Translations under genes and position numbers: made by a program
NCBI GenBank assembly: GCA_043722215.1
Contig: JAYSPI010000208.1
Location: forward strand, 1-49,248
DNA from: Prosthecobacter sp.
Lineage (GTDB): Bacteria > Verrucomicrobiota > Verrucomicrobiia > Verrucomicrobiales > Akkermansiaceae
Length of the DNA: 49,248 nt
Reading direction: 5' to 3'
The notes under the pieces: generated by a model
Seen by the model: the letters and a program-made list of their open reading frames with translations, nothing else
Database searches by the model: none
What the model was told of the DNA's origin: nothing
Shown: in pieces, positions 16,295 through 26,677 of the stretch
Numbering within the stretch: the stretch's first letter is position 1
Layout: each line of letters starts with the position of its first letter

Positions 16295-18151
16295 TCAACC
16301 ACCAGTGCGCGGCGTACGCTTTTTCTTACTGTCTGGCGTAACGTCGCGAATGGTCCCGGTGGCCGTCCCTTGCTGACGGGTTTTTTGATACTCCGTCTGG
16401 CGATCGGCCATCCGTTGGACCCATGACTTACCGCCGCCCTGAACGGGTTTGAGAGCGGGTTCGGGCACCTTGCTCATCAGCCATGTTTGGCCGATGGAGA
16501 AGATATTTTGGGTGGTCCAATAGAGGGCAAGGGCGGAAGCGAAGTTATAGCAGAAGAAGAAGAACATGAATGGCATGAACATGATAATCTTCTGTTGCAT
16601 GGCATCGCCGGTCTTGGGAGTCATGCGGATTTGCAGAAAACTACTGATGGCCATGACGACGGGCAGGAGGTTGATCGGCACCCCCGAGATATACGTCAAA
16701 GTGTCGGGCTGCGAGAGGTCATGGACCCACAGAAACCCCTGACCGCGAAGCTCGACGGCATACTGGAGCATACGATAGAAGCCGAAAAACACTGGAATTT
16801 GAATGAACATCGGCAAGCAACCGCCTAACGGGTTGATTCCGTATTTCCGATAGAGACCCATCGTCTCGGTGTTGATCTTGTTAGGATCGTCGGCGTACTT
16901 CTCCTTGATCTTGGCCATCTCCGGCTGAAGCTTGCTCATCCGCTTCATGGTGTGGGTGGACTTGGCGTGGAGCGGCCAGATGAAGATGCGCACGGTGATG
17001 GTGAGCAAGATAATGGCCAAGCCCCACGACCAATTCTTGGCGACGTGGCTCAGGGCGCTGTGGTATTTGTTGAGGATAAAGTTCAGGGTGCGGGAAACGA
17101 TTCCGAACCAGCCGTATTGCATCACATCGCCCCACCCGTCGCCCCAAGATGCGTCCATTTTACGGAGCAGGGCGTTGTGTTTCGGTCCGATAAAAATCCG
17201 GTAGCGGAACTCCTTGCGCTCGGTGGGGGCCAAGGTGATAGCTGGCAGGCGCAGACCGGCGCTCACCGAAGTGACCGGGCGAGTCCCAGTGGGCAGATTG
17301 ATCTGCGCAGGCATCGCCCACATCGAGGTAGCCACCGGGTCGAGTGGACGCACTACCGTGGCAAAAAACTGGTTGGTTACCCCGGCAAATTGAATTTTCT
17401 CGCCGTCTGGGCTGGTGGCGATGGATTTGGGAGCGCCGAACATGCCGCCTTTGAAGGACCCGCCGTCTTTGAAGGTGATTCCGCCGTCCACGCGCCAGAA
17501 GAAGCCGGTTTGTTGGGGGACTTCTGCTTGATAGAGTGGCGACGCCTCGCCGAGGAAGATACTCCACTGGCCGAGGTTGAGCGCGATGGGGGCGGCGTTT
17601 TCGAGTTGGAGGTCGAAGTCGAGCAGATAGGGAGCGCCCGGTTCCTTCCCCTGATTGAGGGTGAAGGTTTTCTTGGCAATCAATCCGGACGGCAGCTTGG
17701 CGATATAAACTGCTTTTTGTCCCTCGACCGAGGCATCGGCCTCATAGGCGTAGGGAATATTCTCGAGCACATCGCCGGCACCGGCCAGCGCGCCGATGGG
17801 GCCCTTGCTGATGCGGTTAATGCGCACTCGGTTGGTCTGGCTACCGACATCGAATTCGTTCTGGAAGTCGGCGAATGAGACGCCGCCGCCGATATTGGAT
17901 AGCGAGAATGCCATCTTGTCGTTGCTCAGGACGACGAGTTTCTCCTCCGTGGCTGGCGGCACGGGTTCGACGGTAAGTTGCGCTGGGGTTTCTCTAACCG
18001 GGTTGAGGACGGGCGAGTTGGTCTTTTGCAGGGCCTCCTCGCGGGCGGCGATCTCAGCCTGAGCCCGCTGGTTTTTATTCGAATAGTAGATATTGACGGC
18101 GAGCAATGAGCCGCAAAGGGCGAGGATGGCCCAGGTTTCACGATCGTACAT
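16295..18151 (-). CDS. yidC: Membrane protein insertase YidC
   Basis: WGLAIILLTITVR, MSKLQPEM, INPLGGCLPMFIQIP, FLWVHDLSQPD and LALYW; conserved operon position. Confidence 0.97.
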   Translation of the reverse strand: MYDRETWAILALCGSLLAVNIYYSNKNQRAQAEIAAREEALQKTNSPVLNPVRETPAQLTVEPVPPATEEKLVVLSNDKMAFSLSNIGGGVSFADFQNEFDVGSQTNRVRINRISKGPIGALAGAGDVLENIPYAYEADASVEGQKAVYIAKLPSGLIAKKTFTLNQGKEPGAPYLLDFDLQLENAAPIALNLGQWSIFLGEASPLYQAEVPQQTGFFWRVDGGITFKDGGSFKGGMFGAPKSIATSPDGEKIQFAGVTNQFFATVVRPLDPVATSMWAMPAQINLPTGTRPVTSVSAGLRLPAITLAPTERKEFRYRIFIGPKHNALLRKMDASWGDGWGDVMQYGWFGIVSRTLNFILNKYHSALSHVAKNWSWGLAIILLTITVRIFIWPLHAKSTHTMKRMSKLQPEMAKIKEKYADDPNKINTETMGLYRKYGINPLGGCLPMFIQIPVFFGFYRMLQYAVELRGQGFLWVHDLSQPDTLTYISGVPINLLPVVMAISSFLQIRMTPKTGDAMQQKIIMFMPFMFFFFCYNFASALALYWTTQNIFSIGQTWLMSKVPEPALKPVQGGGKSWVQRMADRQTEYQKTRQQGTATGTIRDVTPDSKKKRTPRTGG

Positions 18152-18169
18152 GGAGGAGGTGGGAAAGGA

Positions 18170-18475
18170 TTAGGAGCAAGGTGAGTCGCCGTGGCAGGCG
18201 CAGGAGCGATTCTGAGTGGCGGAGGAGCGCGGCGGTTGAACGGGGTCATAACCACTGCCCCCCCAAGGGTGACAGCGAAAAATCCGACAAATGCCCAACC
18301 ACGACCCGCGGCACGGACCATGCAGGGTGACGGCATGCAGAAAATAGTGGGAACATGTCGGCGAAAACCGGCAACCGGCGCCGGGCCCTGCCGTGAACTT
18401 GAGCATCGGCCCGAGGACCCGCTGGTAGAAGCGGATCCCCATGCGGATGGCGGAGCTGAGGATGCGAGGGATCAC
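18170..18475 (-). CDS. yidD: Membrane protein insertion efficiency factor YidD
   Basis: [15 protein letters not shown] and [16 protein letters not shown] motifs. Confidence 0.95.
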   Translation of the reverse strand: MIPRILSSAIRMGIRFYQRVLGPMLKFTAGPGAGCRFSPTCSHYFLHAVTLHGPCRGSWLGICRIFRCHPWGGSGYDPVQPPRSSATQNRSCACHGDSPCS

Positions 18476-18837
18476 GGGGTGGCTGCGGGGCGGGGCAAGA
18501 TACCAAGGCGCCGGGCCTGCCTCAGCCAGTCGGCCTCAAGCTCGGCGAAGGTTGCCTGCGCGGCACCGGGGCGGGCGATGGTGACGATAAAACGGTGGAT
18601 TTCTGCGAAGTCCGGGGCGTATGCTTGGACGAGGGCGCGGAACCTGCGGCGCAGCAGCACCCGGTCGTGGGCTTTGCCGCAGCGCTTGGTGGTGATGAAT
18701 CCGGTGCGGATTGAGCCTAGCGACGGCTCGGCCAGGGTGCTCAAGATGAGAAAGCGACCGGCCTTTGCTTGGCCGGTCGATTTGACGCGCGCGAAATCGG
18801 CGCGGCAGGTCATACTGTATTTTCGCGGGAGTCGCAT
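18472..18837 (-). CDS. rnpA: Ribonuclease P protein component
   Basis: [31 protein letters not shown] (RNR-like motif); located between rpmH and yidD. Confidence 0.92.
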   Translation of the reverse strand: MRLPRKYSMTCRADFARVKSTGQAKAGRFLILSTLAEPSLGSIRTGFITTKRCGKAHDRVLLRRRFRALVQAYAPDFAEIHRFIVTIARPGAAQATFAELEADWLRQARRLGILPRPAATP

Positions 18838-18881
18838 GGCGGGGATGCATCTGGCACCCGTAGCGGCGTGAGCGCGAATTC

Positions 18882-19067
18882 TCAGGACCCGTGCTGCGTA
18901 GTGTGGCGCTCGTATTGGAGTTCGACGCCCTTAGGAATCAAGCGCTTGCGGCCTTTTTGGCGGCGGCGACGCAGGATCTCACGGCCGGATCGGGTGGCCA
19001 TGCGGGCACGGAAGCCAAATTGGTTTTTGCGGGTGCGCTTGGACGGCTGATAGGTGCGTTTGCTCAT
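18882..19067 (-). CDS. rpmH: 50S ribosomal protein L34, with C-terminal extension
   Basis: [36 protein letters not shown]. Confidence 0.97.
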   Translation of the reverse strand: MSKRTYQPSKRTRKNQFGFRARMATRSGREILRRRRQKGRKRLIPKGVELQYERHTTQHGS

Positions 19068-19121
19068 GGCGTGGGCCTCTGTGAAGGTTGATTCCCGACC
19101 GTCGGGCGGCTCGGGGCGCGA

Positions 19122-19149
19122 AATCTAGGCTCCAGCCACCGGATGTCAA
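19122..19149 (-). promoter_or_regulatory. Putative sigma70 promoter of the rpmH operon (TTGACA-16-TAGATT)
   Basis: Perfect -35 at 19149-19144 and -10 at 19127-19122. Confidence 0.6.
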
Positions 19150-19252
19150 TCCACCAGTGACAGGAAATTAAAAAAATCCTGAATTTGACGATTGCGGGCG
19201 GAGGCGTCGTTAGGTTGACGACTGGGCGGATGCGGGCTAGTGGTCTGGCGCC

Positions 19253-20122
19253 ATGATTCATCGGAGTTTAAAATTTTTAGCGGCCGTGCTGGTTTTTGCG
19301 ACGACAGCGGAGGCGCAATTGTCCGCCTCACTACGGGTAGCCAAGAACCAGCACTTGGCGGGCGAACCGGTGATCGCCATCGTCACCATCACCAACCATG
19401 CGGGCAAGGAACTGACATTCCGCAGCGATGGTCGCTTCCAATGGCTCGATTTTATCGTCAAAAACAGCAATGGCTGCCCGGTCTCGACCAAGAGCACCTC
19501 GATTTTTGGGCCGATGCAAATCGCGGCGGGCCAATCGCTGGCACGCGAGGTGGACCTCGCGCAGTATTTTCAAATCTCTGAACCAGGCAACTTCTCGGTG
19601 GCGGCACTGATTCGCCTGCCCGGCGATAATACCGAAGGCACCTCATCCAACCGGGTCTTCTTCAATCAAAGCCAGGGCCGACTCTATTGGTCCCAAAAAG
19701 TCGGCATCCCAAATCGCCCGAATCAGACACGCGAATTCCGCCTCCTGAATTTCTCAGGGGATTCAAAATCGCAAATCTACGCCCAAATCCTCGATGGTTA
19801 CAGCGGTCGCTTCATCCGCACCTTCTTACTAGGTGACTGCCTGATGCTACGCAAACCGCTGGCCACCGTGGACCGCCAGCAACGCATGCACGTCATGTTT
19901 TTGCACACCCCCACGACCTGGGTCCACTGCGTGATCGATACCGACGGCAAACTCACCGAACGCGAAATCCACCAACGCGGGCCGGTCGGCGACCCGCAAT
20001 TGCTGACCTTCAGCGACGGGTCCGTCCGCGTCACCAACAGCATCCCCTACGACCCCAAAGCCGCCGCCGAACAACGCGCAAAAACCCGCAAGGCCTCAGA
20101 TCGCCCAGCAATGACGTACTAA
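19253..20122 (+). CDS. Hypothetical exported beta-rich protein
   Basis: Long ORF with a signal peptide (AAVLVFATTAEA-Q); no recognised catalytic motif. Confidence 0.75.
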   Translation: MIHRSLKFLAAVLVFATTAEAQLSASLRVAKNQHLAGEPVIAIVTITNHAGKELTFRSDGRFQWLDFIVKNSNGCPVSTKSTSIFGPMQIAAGQSLAREVDLAQYFQISEPGNFSVAALIRLPGDNTEGTSSNRVFFNQSQGRLYWSQKVGIPNRPNQTREFRLLNFSGDSKSQIYAQILDGYSGRFIRTFLLGDCLMLRKPLATVDRQQRMHVMFLHTPTTWVHCVIDTDGKLTEREIHQRGPVGDPQLLTFSDGSVRVTNSIPYDPKAAAEQRAKTRKASDRPAMTY

Positions 20123-20139
20123 GCCCACCGGCTTTTATA

Positions 20140-20168
20140 AAAATCTCCCCCAAGGGGGAATTTTCTTT
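20140..20168 (+). terminator. Putative intrinsic terminator
   Basis: tcccc-caag-gggga stem followed by ttttcttt, about 20 nt after stop 20122. Confidence 0.4.
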
Positions 20169-20224
20169 ACTATTTTTTCAAACTATCAACATTGCTTAAT
20201 AGTTTTTAACCCATCCTGTAATCG

Positions 20225-20827
20225 ATGAAAACCATCCTACAATTTTGCACTTTATGGGTCATCTGCGCGCTAGGGTCTACGGCGGGAGCGGCAGCATTTC
20301 GGACGGTGGTGATTGACGCGGGGCACGGCGGGCAGGATCACGGTGGGCAATGGGGGCAGGTTTATGAGAAGCACCTGGCGCTGGACACGGCGACGCGGCT
20401 GGAAGCCAACTTGAAAGCGATGGGTTACCAAACCGTGATGACCCGACGCAGCGATTATTTTATCAGCCTGCCACAGCGCGTCAGCATCGGCAATTCCTAC
20501 AAGGACGCCATCTTCGTGTGCGTTCATTTCAACTACACATGGAAGCAGGATGTGCGGGGCCTCGAAACCTACTATTACAGCAGCGAGGGGCAGCGCCTCG
20601 CTCAATTCGTGCAAAGCAGCTTGGTCAGCCGTACCCACACGGTGGATCGCAGCTCAAAGTTTGCCCGATTCTACGTGCTGCGCAATTCCACATTACCCGC
20701 GATCCTGGTCGAGGGTGGGTTTGTCAGCAACGAATCCGAGCGCGACCGCATGAAGTCGGGCGGGTTCCGCGAAGCGATCGCGCGTGGCGTGGCTGAGGGA
20801 ATCCAACGCTACCGCCGCAGCTACTGA
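20225..20827 (+). CDS. N-acetylmuramoyl-L-alanine amidase (Amidase_3), exported
   Basis: VVIDAGHGG, YEK, MTR, HFN and PAILVEGGFVSN motifs; signal peptide. Confidence 0.93.
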   Translation: MKTILQFCTLWVICALGSTAGAAAFRTVVIDAGHGGQDHGGQWGQVYEKHLALDTATRLEANLKAMGYQTVMTRRSDYFISLPQRVSIGNSYKDAIFVCVHFNYTWKQDVRGLETYYYSSEGQRLAQFVQSSLVSRTHTVDRSSKFARFYVLRNSTLPAILVEGGFVSNESERDRMKSGGFREAIARGVAEGIQRYRRSY

Positions 20828-20881
20828 GCACGGTGAGTTTTTCGGGCTGCGCAGGTGCCAGCATTCAGGTAATACTTTGTC

Positions 20882-22378
20882 ATGGCGACTGTGACCCGGA
20901 CCGAAATGCGCGCAGCGGAAGCTGCTGCGCTGGAAAATGGCTGGACCGAGGAACAACTGCTGGACATGGCCGGGCAACGACTCGGGCGAGCCATGGGACG
21001 GTTTTTCCCGCAACCCGGAACGCTCATCGGGTATCTCGGCAAAGGCCACAATGCTGGCGACGCACTAGTTGCCCTGCGAGTGATGCGCGATGACTACGGC
21101 TGGCAGATTGCGACCCGGAATGGCTTTGCCATCGACGATTGCACCCTGCTAACCCGGCGAAAATGGCACGAACTCGGCCTCGCTATGCCGTTAGATGAAA
21201 CACCGGCATGGCGGGAAATCGACGGGCCGCTGGTCTTATTAGACGGCCTGTTGGGAAGCGGCACCAGCGGCGCGCTCCGCCCACCGTTGCTCGGATTGGC
21301 CGCCGAAATCGCATGGCTCCGGCAACATGCAGGAGCGCGCGTCGCTGCCGTGGATCTGCCATCCGGCATCGATCTCGACACCGGTTGGAGCTGCCCTGGC
21401 AGCGTCACGGCGGACGTCACCTTCATGATCGGCAACCCAAAGCGCGGGCTCTTGAGTGGGCACGCTGCCACCGCCACGGGCGCGCTCGCCTTGGTCCCGG
21501 TCGAGGTGCTCACCGCCGCATCCGGCAGCGATATTGAAATGATTGCCCCGCAGACGTTGGATTACGAGCATACGCCGCGAGCCTTCGATTTTCACAAAGG
21601 CATGGCCGGTCGGGTGGCAGTGCTCGCCGGATCTGCATCCTACCCAGGCGCGGCGGTGTTGGCAGCGACCGGCGCCCTGCGAGCCGGCGCAGGGCAGATC
21701 ACACTGCACGTCCCCCACCCGGTGGCGGCAGTCATTGCCGCGAAATGTCCGCCGGAAATCATCGTTCGCGGATATACATCCCTCAACGAATGTCGCGACC
21801 TCCACTGCGATGCCTGGGTCATCGGCTGCGGCATCGGCACCCTAGACACCACCGAGGCGCATATTTTGCTCGATTGGCTCGCCCACTCCAACGTGCCGAC
21901 GGTCATCGACGCCGACGCCCTGAACCTCGTCGCACGCGCCGACGCCAGCGGGATTTTCTCAGCGTTGCATGTCATCACTCCGCACCCCAAGGAATTCGAC
22001 CGCCTAGCCCCCGATCTGGCCGGACAAGCGCGGGAATTGGCGGCGCGGGCATTTGCCGACCGCTCACCCGCCACCCTCTTGCTCAAGGGCTGCCGATCGA
22101 TCATCACTCAGGCGAACCACCCGCTATGGTGCAATTCCACCGGCTCACCCGGCATGGCCACCGGCGGCCAAGGCGACCTCCTCGCCGGCGTCATCGGCGC
22201 TTGCCTCGCCGCCGGGACTCCCCCACTTCATGCCGCCGCGCTGGCCGCATGGCTCTGCGGCCGCAGCGCAGAAATCGCCCTCAACCAAGCGTCGCTCTCA
22301 CCCGAGTCACTCACGCCCAGCGACGTCGCCGATCACCTAGGCGCGGCATTTCGCGATTGGCAATGCACACGCCGCTAA
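20882..22378 (+). CDS. nnr: Bifunctional NAD(P)H-hydrate epimerase/dehydratase (YjeF/Nnr)
   Basis: GKGHNAGD, DGLLGSG, AVDLPSG, HKG, GAAVLA, VIDADAL, ITPHPKEF and MATGGQGDLLAG motifs. Confidence 0.93.
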   Translation: MATVTRTEMRAAEAAALENGWTEEQLLDMAGQRLGRAMGRFFPQPGTLIGYLGKGHNAGDALVALRVMRDDYGWQIATRNGFAIDDCTLLTRRKWHELGLAMPLDETPAWREIDGPLVLLDGLLGSGTSGALRPPLLGLAAEIAWLRQHAGARVAAVDLPSGIDLDTGWSCPGSVTADVTFMIGNPKRGLLSGHAATATGALALVPVEVLTAASGSDIEMIAPQTLDYEHTPRAFDFHKGMAGRVAVLAGSASYPGAAVLAATGALRAGAGQITLHVPHPVAAVIAAKCPPEIIVRGYTSLNECRDLHCDAWVIGCGIGTLDTTEAHILLDWLAHSNVPTVIDADALNLVARADASGIFSALHVITPHPKEFDRLAPDLAGQARELAARAFADRSPATLLLKGCRSIITQANHPLWCNSTGSPGMATGGQGDLLAGVIGACLAAGTPPLHAAALAAWLCGRSAEIALNQASLSPESLTPSDVADHLGAAFRDWQCTRR

Positions 22379-22435
22379 AAAACCCATGCCCTCCACAAGG
22401 AGACCATGGGTGGGTAAAATGGCCACGAACTCGAG

Positions 22436-22786
<351 letters not shown>

Positions 22787-22811
22787 TCAGTGGATTGGTG
22801 GTGATTAATAA

Positions 22812-22826
22812 GCACAAAGCATGCCA
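22812..22826 (-). promoter_or_regulatory. Putative sigma54 (-24/-12) promoter of the P-II gene
   Basis: Minus strand TGGCATGCTTTGTGC with exact GG-N10-GC spacing, about 29 nt upstream of the ATG. Confidence 0.6.
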
Positions 22827-23332
22827 ACCATAGCTAGCATGGCCGTTTATTTGCCTGCCAGACTTTAACCGAGACACACGCCACTGACGAGAGGAAAACG
22901 CCAGCCCAACCATCACCCGCGATCGAGATGATGGATTTCGGGAAGTTTCACAGACACACTTCCTCCGGAGGAATGAGCGCACTGCGGCGCGATGCGATTT
23001 TCGATCATCGGATCGAGGGGCAGCATTCGGGCGATATCAATTCACGGGCCGCCCCATGAGCTGAATCCACGTAGCCTGCGGAGCTCCCTTGATTTGAGCG
23101 GCAACCTTGTCCGCCTTCACCAACTCGGACCCATTCGACACACTGTCCACCCCACGGTCGCGTCTTGCGGCACCATGGAATCACCTGGAAACCTCGCTAG
23201 GAACTCCCGAAAGGATAGGCGAGCATCGCTAAATCCGAGTCCAAAAAATCGCACATCGATTCCCTAGAGCCGGCAAGAACCATCCCAAGATGCTCCGCTG
23301 CTGGCTTCTATCGTACCAGCGTGCCGAGGGTG

Positions 23333-24052
23333 TTAGACTAGGCGCGCGCGAACCGCCCCGGGGGAGGCGTTCGGCTCGCGGCCAGCCACCGAGCGCTTGG
23401 GCGGCGTGATGTGCGGCGGTTTGAGATAGAGCGGCTGCGGGATGGCAGTTGCCCACTGACGCCGGGTTTCGTCGCCCGCGCTGAGCCAAGCCTGCCACAA
23501 CCGATTCGCATCAGGGAACTCCAACCGGATCGGCGCGCCCACTCCAGCCGATAGAGGAAATCGACTAGGTTCCTCAAAGGCGAAAACCTGAATACCAAGC
23601 GCCACTGCCGCTGCCACTGCGGCATCCAACCCGTGAGCATCACACAGAGCGGGGCCATCGGTGAGGCGAAGCTGATCAACCCGCGCATGCCAAAAACTGC
23701 CGCGCCGTGCATCGCCGACCGCTAGGCACGCCGTCCCGCCATCGGCAGACGGCACCGCCAGAATCGATGGCACGCTCACGGCAGGACAACCCAACGCGAT
23801 GGCCACGCCCTGTGCGGCGGCGATCCCGACGCGAGTCCCGCTGTAACTGCCTGGGCCGCTTCCAACGAGGACCAGGCCGATGGCATCCGCGGCGCAGGAC
23901 CGCAACAATTCATCCAGCGGCTCAAACAAGAGAGCATTATGATTGCGGTCACTGCAAAACCGACGCTGGCTCACCACCCCAGCGGGCCCCACTAGGGCGA
24001 TGGAGGCATGAGGCGTGGAAGTTTCCACCACAAGAGTCAAGGCACCGGACAT
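23333..24052 (-). CDS. tsaB: tRNA t6A biosynthesis protein TsaB
   Basis: LVVETST, GPGSYSGTRVG, DARR and C-terminal PLYL motifs. Confidence 0.93.
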   Translation of the reverse strand: MSGALTLVVETSTPHASIALVGPAGVVSQRRFCSDRNHNALLFEPLDELLRSCAADAIGLVLVGSGPGSYSGTRVGIAAAQGVAIALGCPAVSVPSILAVPSADGGTACLAVGDARRGSFWHARVDQLRLTDGPALCDAHGLDAAVAAAVALGIQVFAFEEPSRFPLSAGVGAPIRLEFPDANRLWQAWLSAGDETRRQWATAIPQPLYLKPPHITPPKRSVAGREPNASPGAVRARLV

Positions 24053-24165
24053 GCAGGAACCCTAGCCAACGCACAGGCGGTTCGCCAAGCTCGGTTTCAT
24101 GGACTAGGCCATGCATCCAGGACTTGCCGATGGACACACGCCTAGGATTTCGCGACGCTGACCGG

Positions 24166-24726
24166 GTGTTCACTACGCAGGCCATCCTGATCCGTCTTAC
24201 CCGCCTCACGGAGACCAGCTTGATCGTGCATTGGTTGAGCGAGGACCACGGATTGATTAAGACCGTAGCCAAGGGTGCTCGCCGACCCAAAAGCCCGTTC
24301 GCCGGACAACTGGATTTATTTTTCAGCGGTGATGTGACGTTCCAACGTGCTCGGCAGGGTGACCTGCACTCGTTGCGCGAGGTGTTTATCGGCCACTGGC
24401 GCGAAGGCTTGCGTCGAAATTACACCTCCACGTTATTGGCGGCCTATTGTTGCCAATTAATGGAATCCGCAGTGGAGCCCGAACACCCAGACCCTGAATT
24501 ATACCACCTACTGGCACGCGCGCTCAACCACATCGATACCACCGCGGCCAGCGCTCGGGCGCTCCGCCACTTCGAACGCGAGTTGGCTCGCCTGCTCGGT
24601 GTCTCCCGCCACCCTCAACCCGCCGAGCATGCCCTGCGCGAGTTGCTCGGATCATTGCCGACTTCGCGTGTGACCCTTCTCGAAAGACTTCCAGCAGAGA
24701 ATGCTTTCCGCTCGTCAGCCGAGTAA
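24166..24726 (+). CDS. recO: DNA repair protein RecO
   Basis: AILIR-ETSLIV-HGLIKTVAKGARRPKS-LDLF, LRE and FERELARLLG; start GTG 24166 or ATG 24130; short form without a Zn finger. Confidence 0.88.
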   Translation: MFTTQAILIRLTRLTETSLIVHWLSEDHGLIKTVAKGARRPKSPFAGQLDLFFSGDVTFQRARQGDLHSLREVFIGHWREGLRRNYTSTLLAAYCCQLMESAVEPEHPDPELYHLLARALNHIDTTAASARALRHFERELARLLGVSRHPQPAEHALRELLGSLPTSRVTLLERLPAENAFRSSAE

Positions 24727-24767
24727 AATCAAGCAATAATCAGGCGTACTACCCGACCCAACCCGTC

Positions 24768-25670
24768 ATGGACTCACCGACCGCTACCCTTATTGGCATT
24801 TTGCAAGACCGCGTCTCATCGCTGCGCGCCGCCGGCGACCTCGACGAGGCACTCCACGCCGCCTCCGCCGCTGTGGAAAAATGCCAGCAATCCCTTGGCC
24901 CCAGTCTCGACCACATCGACGCCTTCGCGTCCACCCTAGAAATTCGCAGCGATATCTATCGTGAACTCGGCGATTTCACCCTCGCTCGCGACGACTCGCG
25001 CCAAGCCCTCGACCAACTGGAAAACCGCCCTGACCGCTTCGGCCAGATCGGCCGTCTCCATGCTGGGCTGGGGGCCGCCTATGACGGCCTAGGGCGCGAG
25101 GATAAAGCCGGCGAGCACTGGCATCTGGCAATCGAGTTCTTCGAACGCCATGAACCGCCGCTCGTGCTCGATATCATGGCCATGGCCAACAACCTCGGCT
25201 TCCTCTACAAAGCCGCTGGCGAACTCGACGCCGCCGAATCACAGTTCCTGCGTGCTCTCGAAATCGCCCACTCGCAACTCGGCCCAGAACACGAAAAAAC
25301 CGCCACCGTTTCCAGCAACCTAGGCGCTCTCTATCAAACCGCCGGCTTCCACGAACAAGCGCGCGAAATGCACATGATGGCACTCGAAACCCGCCGCCAA
25401 TTGTTAGGAGAGGAGCACCCGGACACGGCCCAATCCCATAACAATCTGGCACTCGCCCTACTCAGCACCGGTGACCGCGCGTGGGCACGCCGGCACTTTG
25501 AAAACGCGCTCGCTGGCTTCGAAGGGCTGGGCACGCAATACAAGGACGACCTCGATGCCGTCGCCTCCAACTATTGCGAATTCCTCCGCAGCGAAGGCGA
25601 GCCCCAAATCGCCAACCTGATCGCAGGACGCGTCCGCGCGTTGATCACAGGGGGGGCACCCAATCGTTAG
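24768..25670 (+). CDS. Tetratricopeptide repeat protein (TPR_10/12 type)
   Basis: Repeats NNLGFLY-AL, SNLGALY and GEEHPDTAQSHNNLA. Confidence 0.88.
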   Translation: MDSPTATLIGILQDRVSSLRAAGDLDEALHAASAAVEKCQQSLGPSLDHIDAFASTLEIRSDIYRELGDFTLARDDSRQALDQLENRPDRFGQIGRLHAGLGAAYDGLGREDKAGEHWHLAIEFFERHEPPLVLDIMAMANNLGFLYKAAGELDAAESQFLRALEIAHSQLGPEHEKTATVSSNLGALYQTAGFHEQAREMHMMALETRRQLLGEEHPDTAQSHNNLALALLSTGDRAWARRHFENALAGFEGLGTQYKDDLDAVASNYCEFLRSEGEPQIANLIAGRVRALITGGAPNR

Positions 25671-25718
25671 ATCAAGCGCGACAGTATCCCGCCATTCAGC
25701 TCGCCACGCATCCAGCAG

Positions 25719-25747
25719 TTGCACCGCAGCAGCGGACCCACTAGCAT
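25719..25747 (+). promoter_or_regulatory. Putative sigma70 promoter (TTGCAC-17-TAGCAT), probably leaderless
   Basis: -10 element ends 6 nt before GTG 25754. Confidence 0.45.
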
Positions 25748-25753
25748 CTCCGC

Positions 25754-26608
25754 GTGATGCGTCCCGCTGATGTCTTGATTGATTTCCTCGAAGCCGAACA
25801 GGCACGTGGCGTGAGCCACATTTTCCTCGACGACGGTGCACGCGAGGGGCTGCGCACCTTGCTCCGGCGCCCACCCGCTGGCACCACCGCCGCGATTGAC
25901 CCACCCACCCAGACTGCGATCGCGGCACCCGCTGCGGAGCCACCCGCGATCGCGGCGCGCCCACTCACGGTTGAGGGGGCGAGCAAGGCGCAGCGACTGG
26001 CCGCATTGCACCAGCAAGCCGCTGACTGGCCACCGATACGGGCGTTGGGCACGCTGCGTGAGATTTTGGTTTTTGCAGCGGGCTCCCCTGATGCACGCCT
26101 GATGCTTGTGGGCGAGGCCCCCGGCCATGAGGAGGAAAAAATGGGCGAACCATTCATTGGCCCCGCCGGTCAAAAACTCGACCGCATCCTACAAGCAATG
26201 GGCCTGAACCGGCAGGACGTTTATCTTTCCAACATCGTCAAGTTCCGCCCCGCGACACCGCGCCAGACGACCAATAACCGCAAACCCAGCCGCGCAGAAA
26301 TCACGGCCTGCCTGCCGTTTCTCCGCGCGGAAATCGACATCATCCGCCCAGCCTGCATCATCGCGCTAGGCGCCACCGCCGCCGAAGGACTGCTCGGCCT
26401 GACCGGTCCGGTAGTGCCCATGCGTGGCTCATGGCACCAGTTTGAAGGGATCCCAGTGCGCGTCACCTATCACCCGAGCTACCTGCTGCAAAGCAGCGCG
26501 AGTCTCGCAATCAAGCGTCAACTGTGGGAAGATTTCTTGATGGTGATGGAGGAACTCATCCTACCGATCTCGGCCAAGCAACGCGGGTTCTTCCTGCCCA
26601 AGGCGTGA
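25754..26608 (+). CDS. Uracil-DNA glycosylase, family 4
   Basis: LMLVGEAPG-EE-GEPFIGPAG, NIVKFRP-NRKP and TYHPSYLL motifs. Confidence 0.92.
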   Translation: MMRPADVLIDFLEAEQARGVSHIFLDDGAREGLRTLLRRPPAGTTAAIDPPTQTAIAAPAAEPPAIAARPLTVEGASKAQRLAALHQQAADWPPIRALGTLREILVFAAGSPDARLMLVGEAPGHEEEKMGEPFIGPAGQKLDRILQAMGLNRQDVYLSNIVKFRPATPRQTTNNRKPSRAEITACLPFLRAEIDIIRPACIIALGATAAEGLLGLTGPVVPMRGSWHQFEGIPVRVTYHPSYLLQSSASLAIKRQLWEDFLMVMEELILPISAKQRGFFLPKA

Positions 26609-26619
26609 TCCCAGCCACC

Positions 26620-26657
26620 AAAAAAGCGACCGCTGCCCACCTAGGCTGCGGTCGCTT
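26620..26657 (-). terminator. Intrinsic terminator of sodA (between convergent genes)
   Basis: aagcgaccgc / gcggtcgctt 10-bp stem with an A6 run (U-tract on the minus strand). Confidence 0.75.
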
Positions 26658-26677
26658 GGAACATCAGAACGACGTGT

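Noticed and set aside
20130-20224. AT-rich stretch near rpmH as a candidate oriC
   Set aside because: No DnaA boxes (TTATCCACA-like) are seen and there is no dnaA; it is better explained as a terminator plus the amidase promoter.
22884-22898. CTGACGA...GAAA hammerhead-like core
   Set aside because: Only 3 nt separate the core elements, so there is no stem II, and there are no convincing flanking stems.
23707-24129. N-terminal extension of the recO ORF; likewise the extensions on ORFs 29949, 35112, 10579, 27322 and 47785
   Set aside because: They overlap neighbouring genes or promoters and lack homology-like sequence; the downstream starts fit the protein families.
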